Below are positions 20,853 through 32,340 of a DNA stretch of 64,000 nucleotides, piece after piece (the first letter of the stretch is position 1; each line of letters begins with the position of its first letter). This DNA is from a virus (Duplodnaviria; Caudoviricetes). A model generated the notes under the pieces. The model was not told the DNA's origin. It ran no database searches and was given only the letters and a program-made list of their open reading frames with translations. Where the stretch lies: the IMG/VR virus record IMGVR_UViG_3300032038_009890, positions 153,076 through 217,075 of that record. The stretch is one strand, 5' to 3'. Position numbers and translations under genes: made by a program.

Positions 20853-22053
20853 TCTTAATAAAAGGCCAGAAGAAGGAGAAGTTGAGTATCTCTGGCGTCT
20901 TGGTAATCTTCGGGCGGATGGTCTTGTAGATATGACTTGGACGGAGCTTACGGATGTGCTGAATGAGAATCTGCATGAGCCAGAGGACTATCTTGGTGAG
21001 TCTAGTTATAGGAAGCGCTATACGATTATGAAACAGGCGTATGACGAGATTTTCAGCAAGATGTCTGGGTGTGAGGAAGAGAAGCTGACCATTCTTCAGA
21101 GGGAACTGGAGAAGGAAAAAGTCAAGGTTCGCGACGAAAAGAATGATTATAAGCGAATACTTAGAGAACAGGCGCGGAGAGAATCTTTTGAGGATATTAT
21201 TAGGTCTGGTATCCAGAAGATAAATGAGAAGACCCCTTTGAGCATTTTGAATGCAAGCTTCCCGGCGCTGTGTTCCGAGAAGGAGGCTGTAGCCTGTTTT
21301 TCTGACTGGCATTACGGTCTTATTACGGATAATGTCTGGAACAAGTATGATACAGAGATTTGCGCCGAGAGGGTTCTGAAGTGTGTGAAATATATGGCGC
21401 AGTATTTGGTAGATCATAAGATTCGCAAGTTAGATATTGTTGTTCTAGGAGATATGTCACATGGGTGTACCCATTCATGTGCCTTATATACGCGCGAAGA
21501 TGTCTGTGATCAGCTGATGCATGCCTCCGAGCTTTTGGCCGAGGCTGTTACCCTCCTTTCTAGGGTGGTTGATAGTGTCGAGGTTTATTTTTGTTATGGT
21601 AATCATATGAGAACCACGCAAAAGAAGGAAGAGGCGAAGCCTAGCGACAATATGGAAAAGATTGTGCCGTGGTGGCTTCAGTATCGACTCGCAGATAATA
21701 AGCGTATACATGTGAATATGTCGGGATATGGAGAATTTACTTATTTTAAGGTACTGAATAAGTACAACATAGTTTGCATGCACGGCAATGATATTGACTT
21801 CAAAAGTATTGGCGTAACTGCCAACTCGCTCTTCACTAGGATACTTGGTGAAAATATTGATTATACGATATCTGGCGACAAGCATCATCTTGAAGAGTTT
21901 GAAAAGTATGGAATTGAGAGTATTCTGGTTCGCTCTCTTTGCGGGACAGATGACTATGCTAGTTCGAGGCATCTGTTTGGTAAGGCGGGGCAAACCTTGA
22001 TGATATTTAACGAAGATTATGGGCGGGAGTGTACATATCATATTCCGCTATGA
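20839..22053 (+). CDS. calcineurin-like metallophosphoesterase (YonJ-like)
   Basis: SDWHYG, LGDMSHG, GNH, MHG, GDKHH. Confidence 0.85.
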   Translation: MMISDLNKRPEEGEVEYLWRLGNLRADGLVDMTWTELTDVLNENLHEPEDYLGESSYRKRYTIMKQAYDEIFSKMSGCEEEKLTILQRELEKEKVKVRDEKNDYKRILREQARRESFEDIIRSGIQKINEKTPLSILNASFPALCSEKEAVACFSDWHYGLITDNVWNKYDTEICAERVLKCVKYMAQYLVDHKIRKLDIVVLGDMSHGCTHSCALYTREDVCDQLMHASELLAEAVTLLSRVVDSVEVYFCYGNHMRTTQKKEEAKPSDNMEKIVPWWLQYRLADNKRIHVNMSGYGEFTYFKVLNKYNIVCMHGNDIDFKSIGVTANSLFTRILGENIDYTISGDKHHLEEFEKYGIESILVRSLCGTDDYASSRHLFGKAGQTLMIFNEDYGRECTYHIPL

Positions 22054-22063
22054 GGATGAAGAA

Positions 22064-22663
22064 ATGAAGAAACGTTTATTTGATGATTCTATTGATGTTG
22101 CAGAGGAGCTTTTTGAGCTTACTTTGAATGATGAGGACGTAGCATTTATTGGAGACTATTATGATACTTTGGATGCGCTGAAGAGTATTTATATTGTTGA
22201 TGGCGAAGATATGCTCTTTACAAAGTTTATTAATTTGGCCGCTCCTGAGCTTTGTGAGGGAGAAGGAAGTGGCTATTATATGATTGGTATCATTGACGGC
22301 GAAATCTATGTTGATGATATTGAATTTAATAAGGATGGTAAACTGCTTAATGTTCTTGAAGACTATGAAGAGATTTATATCAGGTGCGATGTATTTGATG
22401 GTGTAAAGGATATTCCTGATGTAAATGTTACTACGGTTTATTATCCTGATGAACAAGATGAGATGTATGAAGAGGAATCTGATGGAGCGCTGACTATTCT
22501 GTTTGATGAAGCTCAGAGGCCTAGGGGTTTCCACTTTGAAACGAATAAGGATGATAAGTGTTTTAATATGGAATATTGTTCTTGCAATGCACTCGATGAG
22601 AATGAACTGGCGCATGTAATTAACAAGATGATTAATAGTTATTTTGATAAAAGGGAGGACTAA
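22064..22663 (+). CDS. acidic hypothetical protein
   Basis: Long ORF with GAGG SD. Confidence 0.65.
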   Translation: MKKRLFDDSIDVAEELFELTLNDEDVAFIGDYYDTLDALKSIYIVDGEDMLFTKFINLAAPELCEGEGSGYYMIGIIDGEIYVDDIEFNKDGKLLNVLEDYEEIYIRCDVFDGVKDIPDVNVTTVYYPDEQDEMYEEESDGALTILFDEAQRPRGFHFETNKDDKCFNMEYCSCNALDENELAHVINKMINSYFDKRED

Positions 22664-22667
22664 GATT

Positions 22668-23243
22668 ATGAGTTTTGGTGGGTGGACTGTAGATGTTAAT
22701 GTAGGTGGCGCTCCGCAGAAGGTCGCTAGTTTTATGACTGAACTGGCGGATACTAAGCTTGGCGCACAGTATAAGGATATTGCATATATTGGTTCTCAAC
22801 TTGCAAATGGCGAGAACCACGCTCTGCTTGCAGAGCAGACTGTTGTGACTGGGCGCGACACGAAGAACGTTGTGCTTTGTGTAATTAATGAGAGGCCCGA
22901 GGGTCTGTCTCTTGTTGGTATTGATAGGCTTGTAGAGAGCGGCGCTCCTATGGGCGGCACTGTTGTGGATGTGAAGACCGAGATTCCTGCCGAGGCTATG
23001 GATGTATGGAATAAGGCTTTTGAAGGTTTTACTGGGAGCAAGGTTGTACCGTTTGCTCTTCTGGGCACTCAGCTTGTAAATGGTACTAATTGGATTTTCG
23101 CTGTTGAGATGGCCACGGTTACTCCTGACCCGGTGAAGAAGGTCGCTATTGTTACGATTAATGATAAGGAGAAGACTGTGCATTTTGCAGATATGTTGAG
23201 GAATAGGCAGAATGCTTCTCTTGGATATAGTTTTACTTGGTAA
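22668..23243 (+). CDS. hypothetical protein with internal duplication
   Basis: Two G(S/T)QL(A/V)NG.N..E.(T/A).VT repeats. Confidence 0.7.
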   Translation: MSFGGWTVDVNVGGAPQKVASFMTELADTKLGAQYKDIAYIGSQLANGENHALLAEQTVVTGRDTKNVVLCVINERPEGLSLVGIDRLVESGAPMGGTVVDVKTEIPAEAMDVWNKAFEGFTGSKVVPFALLGTQLVNGTNWIFAVEMATVTPDPVKKVAIVTINDKEKTVHFADMLRNRQNASLGYSFTW

Positions 23244-23349
23244 TTTGTCGGGCCAGAGACGTTAAACCTGTCCCAATCCAAATACATGAAAAACTTGCGG
23301 AGTACTACGTAAAGGTGGCTAAGTTTAATGGTTATATGCCGCCTGTTGA

Positions 23350-23424
23350 GGTTCTGTGGTGTAGTCCAGTTAACACACTAGCCTGTCACGCTAGAGATCG
23401 TGGGAGCAAAGCCCACCAGAATCG
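23350..23424 (+). tRNA. tRNA-Asp(GTC), atypical T-loop
   Basis: Acceptor GGTTCTG/CAGAATC, anticodon arm CTAGC-CTGTCAC-GCTAG, T-loop AGCAAAG. Confidence 0.85.
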
Positions 23425-23514
23425 CTATGCGCAGTTAAGTCACTGCGCCATATCCCTTAAGGAGAAATTAATGGAGTCGCCTTGCCCGAGGCATGTTCGC
23501 AATATTGGGCATTA

Positions 23515-23585
23515 CGAGTGCGTGGTGTAATGGAAGCACAAGACATTTGGGTTGTTTAGGAGACGTTCAAATCGTACGCATTCGA
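23515..23585 (+). tRNA. tRNA-Pro(TGG), atypical acceptor/T stems
   Basis: CGAGTGCG/CGCATTCG, AGACA-TTTGGGT-TGTTT, TTCAAAT T-loop, C1-G72 and A73. Confidence 0.75.
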
Positions 23586-23748
23586 CTGGTATTTTTGAGT
23601 GTGTCACACCATGCTCAGGAATACTTTGCTAGTGATGAGACTAGCTACTTTTGTACGGAATAACTTTGGATAGGTTGTTATAATTTAACACTGATAAACA
23701 TTGGTTCGTGTTTTCCACTATAATATTATGAACCAGAAAGGCTTAAAA

Positions 23749-24486
23749 ATGATTAAGTAGGAACTGATTAAATTAAAAGGGATGAATCTCTTAGAACAAG
23801 ACTTTGATGGAGATTCTATAATGACTGTGTAGTTGAAAGATACTGGTAAAATTTATGTTGGTGTGAAATGGATTACAGAAGCATTGGGCATGAATAAAAA
23901 TCATCACGATAGACAAGTGAAGAATATTCAAGCAGATATTGTACTTTCTCAAGGTGCGTCATATTTGACGCTCCCTACAAAAGGTGGAAATTAGAAGTCG
24001 TTATGTATTGAATTAGATTATTTACCGTTATGGTTGGCAAAAATTCATGTGACACCAAATATGCTAAATGAGAATCCAGAAATAGCAGAAAAACTTATAG
24101 AATATCAGTTAAAGGCAAAAGATGTTTTAGCTAAGGCATTTTTAGGGAAATCAGAAGAATGGAATCTGCAACGTGAAGTTGGTAAGCTTGATCGAAAGAG
24201 ATTAACAACGAGTATATGCAAGAATATAATTGATGCAAAACCATTAGATTATGCTCTATATACAAATATGATTTACGAAGTGTTGTTCAATAAAACAGCG
24301 GCACAGATACGAGAAGAAAAAGGATTGGAAAAGAAATCACAATTAACAAGAGATCATTTTACAGAAAAAGAGCTAGGTTTGATAGATGAAGCTGAAACAA
24401 TTGTAACAGCATTAGTTTCGTTAGGTTTTAAGAAAGATTATATCTTAGATCAATTAAGAAGGAAATATCAAAAGGCAATTGAATAA
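23749..24486 (+). CDS. phage antirepressor (P22 Ant N-terminal-like), TAG=Gln
   Basis: Read-through gives LPTKGGN(Q)KSLCIELDYLPLWLAKI; three in-frame TAG. Confidence 0.8.
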
Positions 24487-24771
24487 CCTAATCTTTTTCC
24501 CTACTCCACAATTAGTAGAGGGAGATTTTACGTACCTCAGCCACACATGAGGTGCTTATATGCCCTGACCCAAGGTGCTAAACAGGGTCATAATTGCATG
24601 AAAAAGCCTCTAGAACCACGTCGAGCGCTTTAGACGATAATTAACTTGTCTATGCGTCTGGCGTGTGTCTGAGGGCTTTCTGAGCGAATCCGCGGCGGCT
24701 CGTAAATAGGGTTTCGACTACCCTAGCGGATTTTGGCTAGTTTAGGGCCGTGAAAAGCTAGACGAAATTAG

Positions 24772-25056
24772 AGGGGATTAGTTTAAAGGGAAAACAGCTG
24801 ACTCTCATTAAAAATAGGACGTTTTGATTGAAAAGTCAAAAATGAATAGTGTCAAATTCGGCGGAGGTCTTAATAAGAAAACGCCGAGCTAAGCTTAATT
24901 GAAAGTGTAGAGACTTAATGGCACGACCTAAGTTTAAAATATGGTGAAGACAAAGTCCAGACTACAATGCAATATGCAGTTACGGCGACGTAATGTAGTA
25001 AGAAATCAGTAAGTGCGTTGAAGCCGCAATTGAGCGTTCGAATCGCTCATCCCCCA
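24772..25056 (+). tRNA. amber suppressor tRNA(CUA), intron-split; join(24772..24805,25003..25056)
   Basis: Spliced: AGGGGAT-TA-GTTT..AAAC-A-GCTGA-CTCT|AAA-TCAGT-21-nt variable arm-GAGCG-TTCGAAT-CGCTC-ATCCCCC-A. Confidence 0.85.
24806..25002 (+). ncRNA. group I intron inside the anticodon (197 nt)
   Basis: P3 GTGTCA/TGGCAC, P4 TCGGCG/CGCCGA, P7 GAGACTT/AAGTCC, P9 ACTACA/TGTAGT, preceded by U and ending in G. Confidence 0.9.
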
Positions 25057-25450
25057 GCAAAACACAGTTAAATATGAGGATTTGCAAACCTTATATGGGA
25101 AGGTGTCTTCTATCCCCTCCCCTTTCTGTGTTTGATTTAGATGATCAAAAACATTATGTTTTCCAAGGGATTGGCCTCGTTAGTCAGTTCTTGATTTTAG
25201 TAAAGGAGCAAAGTGACTTGAAGAATTATTTTCACGCGACAATTAATTTTATCACAGAATATAATCGCATACAATACAAAATGGCTTATGGTTAGCAAGA
25301 CACGTCTGACTAGGAAGACGAGTTTATCCAAGATTTTAGCGAGAATCTAGCCGAGGCGCTGATGCATGACGTGGGTGAAAGCGAATTTGCGCAGAGACAG
25401 CTTTACGACTCGGCCAAGATTATTTGTGAAGAGTATAAGGAAAAAGAGAT

Positions 25451-25852
25451 ATGAAACGTATACGAAATATTGAGCTTGTTTTAGAGAATTGTGAGTTTGT
25501 AATTATAGATACCGAATATATTAATGAAATAAAAATTATGGATATTCAGAAAAATATTATTGGCTATTCTGGCGCAAGCCATCCTAGTGTATATGAATAT
25601 TGTGATAATGTACATATGGTAATTTACGGCAGAATTAATGATACGGAGCAAGAAGGTTTGTTCTCTGATGATTATTCTATTGCGCAGAGATTGAAAGAAG
25701 GCCGAGATATTACTCAGATAGAGGTGCTTTATGATGATTATCCGCCCGAGATTTTGTGGGTGAATTTTAAGGGTGATTATTTTAATCAGTATCAATCTGG
25801 GTGTGTGGATGAAGAAGGTAATATTTGGATTGATATAAAGCGCCCTGTATAA
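25451..25852 (+). CDS. hypothetical protein
   Basis: 133-aa ORF with AAGGA SD. Confidence 0.65.
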   Translation: MKRIRNIELVLENCEFVIIDTEYINEIKIMDIQKNIIGYSGASHPSVYEYCDNVHMVIYGRINDTEQEGLFSDDYSIAQRLKEGRDITQIEVLYDDYPPEILWVNFKGDYFNQYQSGCVDEEGNIWIDIKRPV

Positions 25853-25863
25853 CTAGGGTGTTT

Positions 25864-25950
25864 GCAGTTGTGGCAGAGTTTGGTTGAATGCACCTCCCTG
25901 CTAAGGAGGCAATCCTTCGGGATTCACTAGTTCAAATCTAGTCAACTGCG
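25864..25950 (+). tRNA. tRNA-Ser(GCT)
   Basis: GCAGTTG/CAACTGC, CCTCC-CTGCTAA-GGAGG, long variable arm AATCC-TTCG-GGATT, G73. Confidence 0.92.
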
Positions 25951-25954
25951 GTTC

Positions 25955-26026
25955 GCCGATGTAATTCAATTAGTAGAATATTGGATTTGTAACCCAAAAA
26001 CTACGGAGCATAACCGTACTTCGGCT
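25955..26026 (+). tRNA. tRNA-Thr(TGT), atypical T-loop
   Basis: GCCGATG/CTTCGGC, TTGGA-TTTGTAA-CCCAA, T-loop AGCATAA. Confidence 0.75.
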
Positions 26027-26137
26027 TTATGAGTAGGAAATACCGAGGATTGGCCTCCTTGGTATGAGTGTGTATCCTCGTTCAGCACACTCCCCTACTC
26101 TATTACAGATTGAACGAGAGAAATACGAGGTGATAAA

Positions 26138-27385
26138 ATGGGTTATACACATGGTATATCGAAAGATGCAAAATTTAGACAATGTACGTGTTGTGGAGAA
26201 ACATATCCAAACACAAATGAATATTTCTATAAAAACAATAGAAATGGTTTAGGTTCTATTTGTAAACAGTGTACAAGTAAGAGAAATAGAGAGATAAATA
26301 GTGAATTAAAGAAGAGATTTGTTAATAATAATATAGAATACGATGGAGATAAAACGTGCATTTGTTGTGGTAGATCATTACCAAATTCATACAAGTATTT
26401 TCCAATAGATAAAACAACTAAAACTGGACTTAGGAATAAATGTCGTGAATGTAGTACAAATTATGGCCATTTTTTAGATGATGATGCTTTACGATATGAA
26501 ATATGGACTAAAGAAGAAGATGAGATACTTATAAAATACTATAAGGATTATCCCGGAAAAGAATTGAAGGAAAAGTTTCTTCCCAATAGAACAGTAAGAG
26601 CGATAGAATGTAGGGGTGGTTATTTGGGCCTTCAAGGGAAAAGTGAAGAAGGCAAGGAAAAAGCGAATAAGTATCGTTCGGAAATAATTAGTGATATTAT
26701 GACTGGAAGAACATTTAGCGATGAGTGGAAGAAAAAGATTTCAGATTCAACTAAAAAATATTACGAAATACACGATGGTTATTGGAAAGGAAAACATAGG
26801 TCTCCTGAGCAAGTAAAGCAAATGAGCGAAAGAATGAAAGGGAAATGGGCGGGAGATAAAAATCCAAGACATATTCATCCCTTAAATGGCGCCGAAAACG
26901 GACGGTGGAAGGGTGGTATAAATCAGACATATATGGAGCTTCGTTCTGAAACAAAAGACTGGCAAAAAGAATCTATGGAATTCTGTAATTATGAATGTAT
27001 AATAACTGGATTAAAATTTGATGATATTCATCATACTTTTCCTTTCAGAGATATTGTTGATGAGATATTTTCAAACATCTGTTTAGATATAAGAGAACAA
27101 GTGTTAGATTATACAGAAGATGAATTTTAGGTTTTACAAGACGAAGTACATTATATGCATATATTGTATGGATTTGGAGCATGTTTAAAAAAAGAAATAC
27201 ATAAATTATTTCATGATAATTACGGATATACTAGTATTACGCAATATGATTTTCTAGATTTTATTTATAGAATTGATTCTGGCGAATTTGATAAATGGTT
27301 TATAGATAATAATATCCCAATAAATATAAATTATAATTATGTTGATTATCTAGAAAAGATTGCATTTGTTTTAAATAATGAATAA
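26138..27385 (+). CDS. HNH-like endonuclease with Zn-ribbons and NUMOD-type repeats, TAG=Gln
   Basis: CxxC pairs, NGRWKGG, IHH..F..HKLFH; two track ORFs in frame across the TAG at 27128. Confidence 0.75.
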
Positions 27386-27402
27386 AAGGAGGTACTGCTT
27401 CA

Positions 27403-28599
27403 ATGGCAGTTATAAAAGCACCAAAGAAGCTGACTCCAACACAGCTTCGTGAGGAAAATGAAAAATTAAAAGAAAAACTAGAAAATGGTGTTCGTTGTAT
27501 AGTTTGTGGCATTATGAAAGATAAAAGTAAGTTTTATATAAATACAGATCCACATTGTAAATGTGAAGTTGGATGTGTATGTAAAGATTGTGCCAGAAAA
27601 ATTGCATTAAGGGTAGATGAGAATGGTGAAGAACATGAAGTAACCAAAGAATCTTGTATAGAAGCGCTTAAACTATTAAACAAGCCATTTATCAATACTG
27701 TATGGGATGCTAGTGTTCAAGAATCTGATAATTTAATCGCAGGGAAAACAAAATCAAATCCTTGGGTCGCTTATATTAAGAACATAGCTATGGTCCAATG
27801 GGTCGGTAAGAATTTCTTTGACTCTGATATGTTTAAAAAAGGTTATGTAGATAATTCCTCTGATGGAAAAACAGAAATAACGTCTATACATGATATGACA
27901 GATGATGTACGTTCAACTTATGAAATTAATAAAAAAACTACTATAAGGTTTTTAGGTTATGATCCTTTTGAAAACGAATCTATTGAAGAACAGCCACTGT
28001 TGTATGCAAAATTAGTTAGTTATTTTGATGATTCTGTAAAAGATGACGGATTAAAGTTGGAAGCTGTTATAGAAATAGTATAGAGTTTTAAAGATATAAA
28101 AACAATTAATGATGCTATTTCTAAATACAAAAAAATGTTAGGTGATAATCCATCAGTAATATCTACTATTAAATCACTTGCTGAAACAAAACAAAAAATG
28201 ATTAGTTCTGCTTTAGCACTTGCCAAAGACAATGGAATATCTGTGAATCATAATAATAGTAAAAGTAAAGGTGCAGGAACATTAAGTGGAATTATAAAAG
28301 AAATGTCAGAGATGAATCTGGATGATATTGAAATTAACACATTTGACTATGAAACTAATAAGGCTATTTCAGATATAATGGAAGCCAATTTCAGAAATCA
28401 AATGAATCAATTAAATCCTGATGAAAATGATTGGGAAAAAGAAATATATCACCAAGCAAAGTTATTGCATAGCTTACAAAATGAGAGAGATAAGGCGGTC
28501 GAATATTGTAGGTTACTTCGTAAAGAGAATAAAGATTTAAAAGAGTTTCTTAAAGAGCGAGGTATTATAGACGATGCGTTGAATGTAATAGATGAATAA
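27403..28599 (+). CDS. pre-terminase Zn-finger protein (possible small terminase), TAG=Gln
   Basis: CIVCG..CKDC; two track ORFs joined across the TAG at 28081; immediately upstream of TerL. Confidence 0.65.
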
Positions 28600-30511
28600 A
28601 GACATCACATTAATGGGTGATGCTATTGAGGAATTTAATCCTAAGAATTTTACATATTTTGTAAAACCTACTTATTATGATATGTCAAATCTTAGACTTG
28701 AAGGACTCAAAAAAACCGCAGAAATTGTATAGTGGGGGCGAAGAAATCCTGTTAAATTCTGCGAACGATTTATGGGAATAGAGTTCCTAGATTACTAGAA
28801 ATATGTTTTTATGGAAAGTTGGATAACACCATATGTTGTTTGGTGTATGACAAGAAATGGTGGTAAGACTACGTTGGGTAGTCCGTTCCTAATGGCAAAA
28901 ACTCTTTTAATTCCATATTTCGAAGCATATATTTTATCTGGTACTGGTGCGCAAAGTATTGGTATGATGAAAAAGATAGAATAGATAACTAAAAAAGAGA
29001 TTGCTAGTTTTACTGGATTGACAGATGTATTTATGAATGAATTAGTTAAAAGTCAAGCCAATTCAACTGGTATATCACATAATCCTAATTCGTGGTCTTA
29101 CAAATTGTATTCAGGATCAAGTCTTGCGACAATTAATAGTAATTATGACGGGTCGAGAGGTAAACGTAGCAGATTAAATTTTTATGATGAAGCCTCGTAT
29201 GTAATGGAAGATATGTATAATGCCACCCTTCCATTTGTTACGCAGAATTCAGATTTCGCATTAGGTGGGAATGTCGATGTTTCTCTTCTTGCGCCTAATT
29301 TTCCGAATCAGATTATATTTGCTTCATCTGCGGGGTCAGTAGATGATTATTTTTACAAGATGTATAAAGAATATTCTCTTCATAGTATGGCAGGAGATAA
29401 ACGTTATGCTTGTTTTGATATCGATTGTGATCTTGTTATGAATGCTACATATAACGGAAAAGTATACCCTGTCCCACTTTTGACGCAAGAAAAAATTGAT
29501 ACTGAAATGAAGATTAATCCAATAAAAGCGAATAGAGAATATAGGAATAAATTTGATATTGATGGTGGCGATGAGATTATAGTAAAGAAATCGCAAATAC
29601 TTCGCAATAGCGTAGTAAGGCCACCAGAGTTAGTAAACATAGACGGGAAAAGTTTATACGCAATTGGTTGGGATTTGGCCGCAAAAAAAGACAACAGTAT
29701 ATTAACTGTTGGTAAATTGATACATTCAGATAAACGTGGATGGAGAATGGAAATAGTAAATTGTATAAATTTATTAGATAAAGAAACTAAAAGGCCATTA
29801 ACTACACCAGAGCAAGTAAAACGTGTAAGAGAAGAAATGATTAACTATAATGGTACTGGTTCAGCTGATTATGAAAATATCAAGTATCTTATGATGGATG
29901 CAGGATCTGGTGGTGGTGCAAGTCAAGTATTAACATATTTATTTGATGATTTTTATGAAGATCATCACAAAGGCGAAGAAGAATTTCACCATAAAGGAAT
30001 GATTGATAAAACATATGATTTCTGTCAACCATATATTAAAAGATATCCAGATAACGTTGATATTGTTAGAATGATTGAACCAACAAAATACAAAGTATAG
30101 ATGTATACAAATTTAATAGAGCTGGTTGAACAAGGATTGATATCATTTACGGCAGACTATGATTATCATGGCATCTTGACAACATTAATTGAGGAAGATG
30201 GCGAAGAAAAAGAATAGATATATAAACTATCATATTAGGAAGAGCAAGCATTGAAATAGATTGATGCTTTAAAAGAAGAAATATGTCACATGTATAGATA
30301 TAAATCATCTAATGGTAATATAAGATACGATCTTGCTCCCGGTTTCGAGAATATTATTGGCGATGATAGAGCATACACACTTGCTTTATTGTCAAAATGT
30401 TTAATGGACATGAGACAACAGGATAGTATAAAAAAGAAGCCGAAAAGTGATAGTGAATCTATGAAATAGATATTTACTGTTCGTCAACCCAGAAAAGTAA
30501 CAAGATTTTAA
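28592..30511 (+). CDS. terL: terminase large subunit (YonF-like), at least 8 in-frame TAG
   Basis: TRNGGKTT, RGKR..YDEA, IGWDLA, MDAGSGGG, DDRAYTLAL; continuous 639-aa frame when TAG is a sense codon. Confidence 0.9.
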
Positions 30512-30525
30512 AGGAGGTGCCGCTT

Positions 30526-32088
30526 ATGGCGGACAATAAAAAAACCACTGATAGTGGCACAAAAGAATCACAGTATAAGCAAGGATTTAATTCTGCTTAT
30601 TCTTACAAGCGTGATCGCGCGCAAATAATGGATTTTGCTAAAATATAGGACTATATACAGCGGAATCCTACTAAAACATCTAATAGAGTCTTTACGCAAT
30701 ATACAAAAGACATTGTAAAAACCTATCTGCAATCACCTGCTACCAATCAAGATACATTGCGCGAGATATCTAGGTTCTTATGTAGAAACTCTATGTTATA
30801 TCAGAAGATGATAATGTACCTTGCTTCTATGCCTTTGTTTTATTACACTATCACTCAAGTAAATAATCTTGATGAAGAAATAGATTCCGAAAAGGCAATG
30901 AAGGATTATCAAAAGGTGCTTGAGAATTTTAATAGATTTAATATAAAAAAAGATATGTATACGGCGTTATATATCGCAATTAGAGATGGCTTCTACGTTG
31001 GATATGTTTATGATGATAAACAAGGTAGAACGTTTTTGATGCCTCTTGATGTACAGTATTGCCGTATTATGGGTAAGAACTATGCCGGGGAATGGGTAGT
31101 ATATTTTAATGCGGCTTTCTTTGACGCAGGGACAAACTCTGAATTTGTTGAAGGAATTGATGGAAACGTTGAAGGGGCCACATGGGCACCAGAGTTTATT
31201 GAAGGATATAAGGCCTATAAGAGTAAAGGTCGTGACTTTCAGTGGTTCCGTCTTGACCCAAAATATTGTTGTGTGCTTTTAATTGGCCCAGATGATGAAT
31301 TTTCCTTCCCTCTTCCGCATTTTCTCCCATTGTTTACTGATTTGATGGACTTACTTGATTTACAGCAGATTCTCATGTCTAAACAAGAATTAGAGAATTA
31401 CGCGTTGATTATAAATAAGATTCCTCTTGTGGATAACGGAAATTCTGGGGACATTGATGACTTTGCTATTTCTAATGAAATGATTAATTATTTTCGCAAT
31501 CTAGAAGAAGAGGCTGTACCTGACCTAGTTGGCGTAGTTACCGCACCATTTGACGTAGATAAGATTATGTTTAAGGACAGCGCGGTGGCAGGAGATACTG
31601 ATGCTCTTGGACAGTCGCTTAAGAATCTATTCTCTAATAGTGGACTTACCGAGACAATTGTTTCTGGTGGTGACTCATCTTCTAATATGTCAATTAAGTT
31701 AGCACAATTGTGCGATCAAGCTAATGTATGGGTTTGGGTAAATAGATTAGAGTCATGGCTTGATTTTTATATTAAAGAGAATATTGCTAAAGGATATATT
31801 TTTGAGATTCTAAGAATAACTTGGTATAACGAGGATGATTATATCCAAAAATATAAGGATATAAGCACGCTCGGAGGCCCCGCTTTGGATTATTTAAGCG
31901 TTGTTGAGGGATCTCCTTATAAAGCGATTAATAAGATAAGATTTGAGAATGCTATTGGGATTAAAGATATAATGATTCCGCTTCAGTCGAGTTATAATTC
32001 TTCCAGTAATTCTCCGGGAAGGCCAACAACTGATGATGATGAATTGTCTGGGAGTGCGGAAAGAAGTAGGAATACCCAGTCTAAGTAA
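30526..32088 (+). CDS. portal protein (YonE-like)
   Basis: Position after TerL, 520 aa, C-terminal PLQSSY..GRP; one TAG near the 5' end. Confidence 0.8.
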
Positions 32089-32111
32089 AATAGAAATGAA
32101 AAGGTGAAGTA

Positions 32112-32291
32112 ATGTTAGGACATTTTGTAAAAACATCTGATGAAGAAACAGCACGAAGACTCAGAGAGGCAGGTTTTGTAGAGCTTGCTAAAGAAGATTC
32201 TAAGTGGGTATTTCTTAATGAGGGTGGAAAATTAAACTTTGAAGAAAACAAGGATTTAAAAATTACATATAATGATATGTTGTGTGTATAA
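32112..32291 (+). CDS. small hypothetical protein
   Basis: FVKTSDEETARRLREAGF..WVFLN; SD present. Confidence 0.6.
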   Translation: MLGHFVKTSDEETARRLREAGFVELAKEDSKWVFLNEGGKLNFEENKDLKITYNDMLCV

Positions 32292-32340
32292 GCTCTCCTC
32301 TCTTCTGGAGAGTTAATCTATAAAGAAAGGAGGAGAAAAA

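Noticed and set aside
24796-24810. Reading the split tRNA as Met/Ile(CAT) or Leu(TAA)
   Set aside because: Neither gives a 7-nt loop on the GCTGA/TCAGT stem. P9 ends at TGTAGT and the terminal G is 25002, so only CUA fits.
25300-25325. Second CTA-anticodon tRNA (CGTCT-GACTAGGA-AGACG)
   Set aside because: The loop is 8 nt with no U33, and I see no D arm, T arm or acceptor stem.
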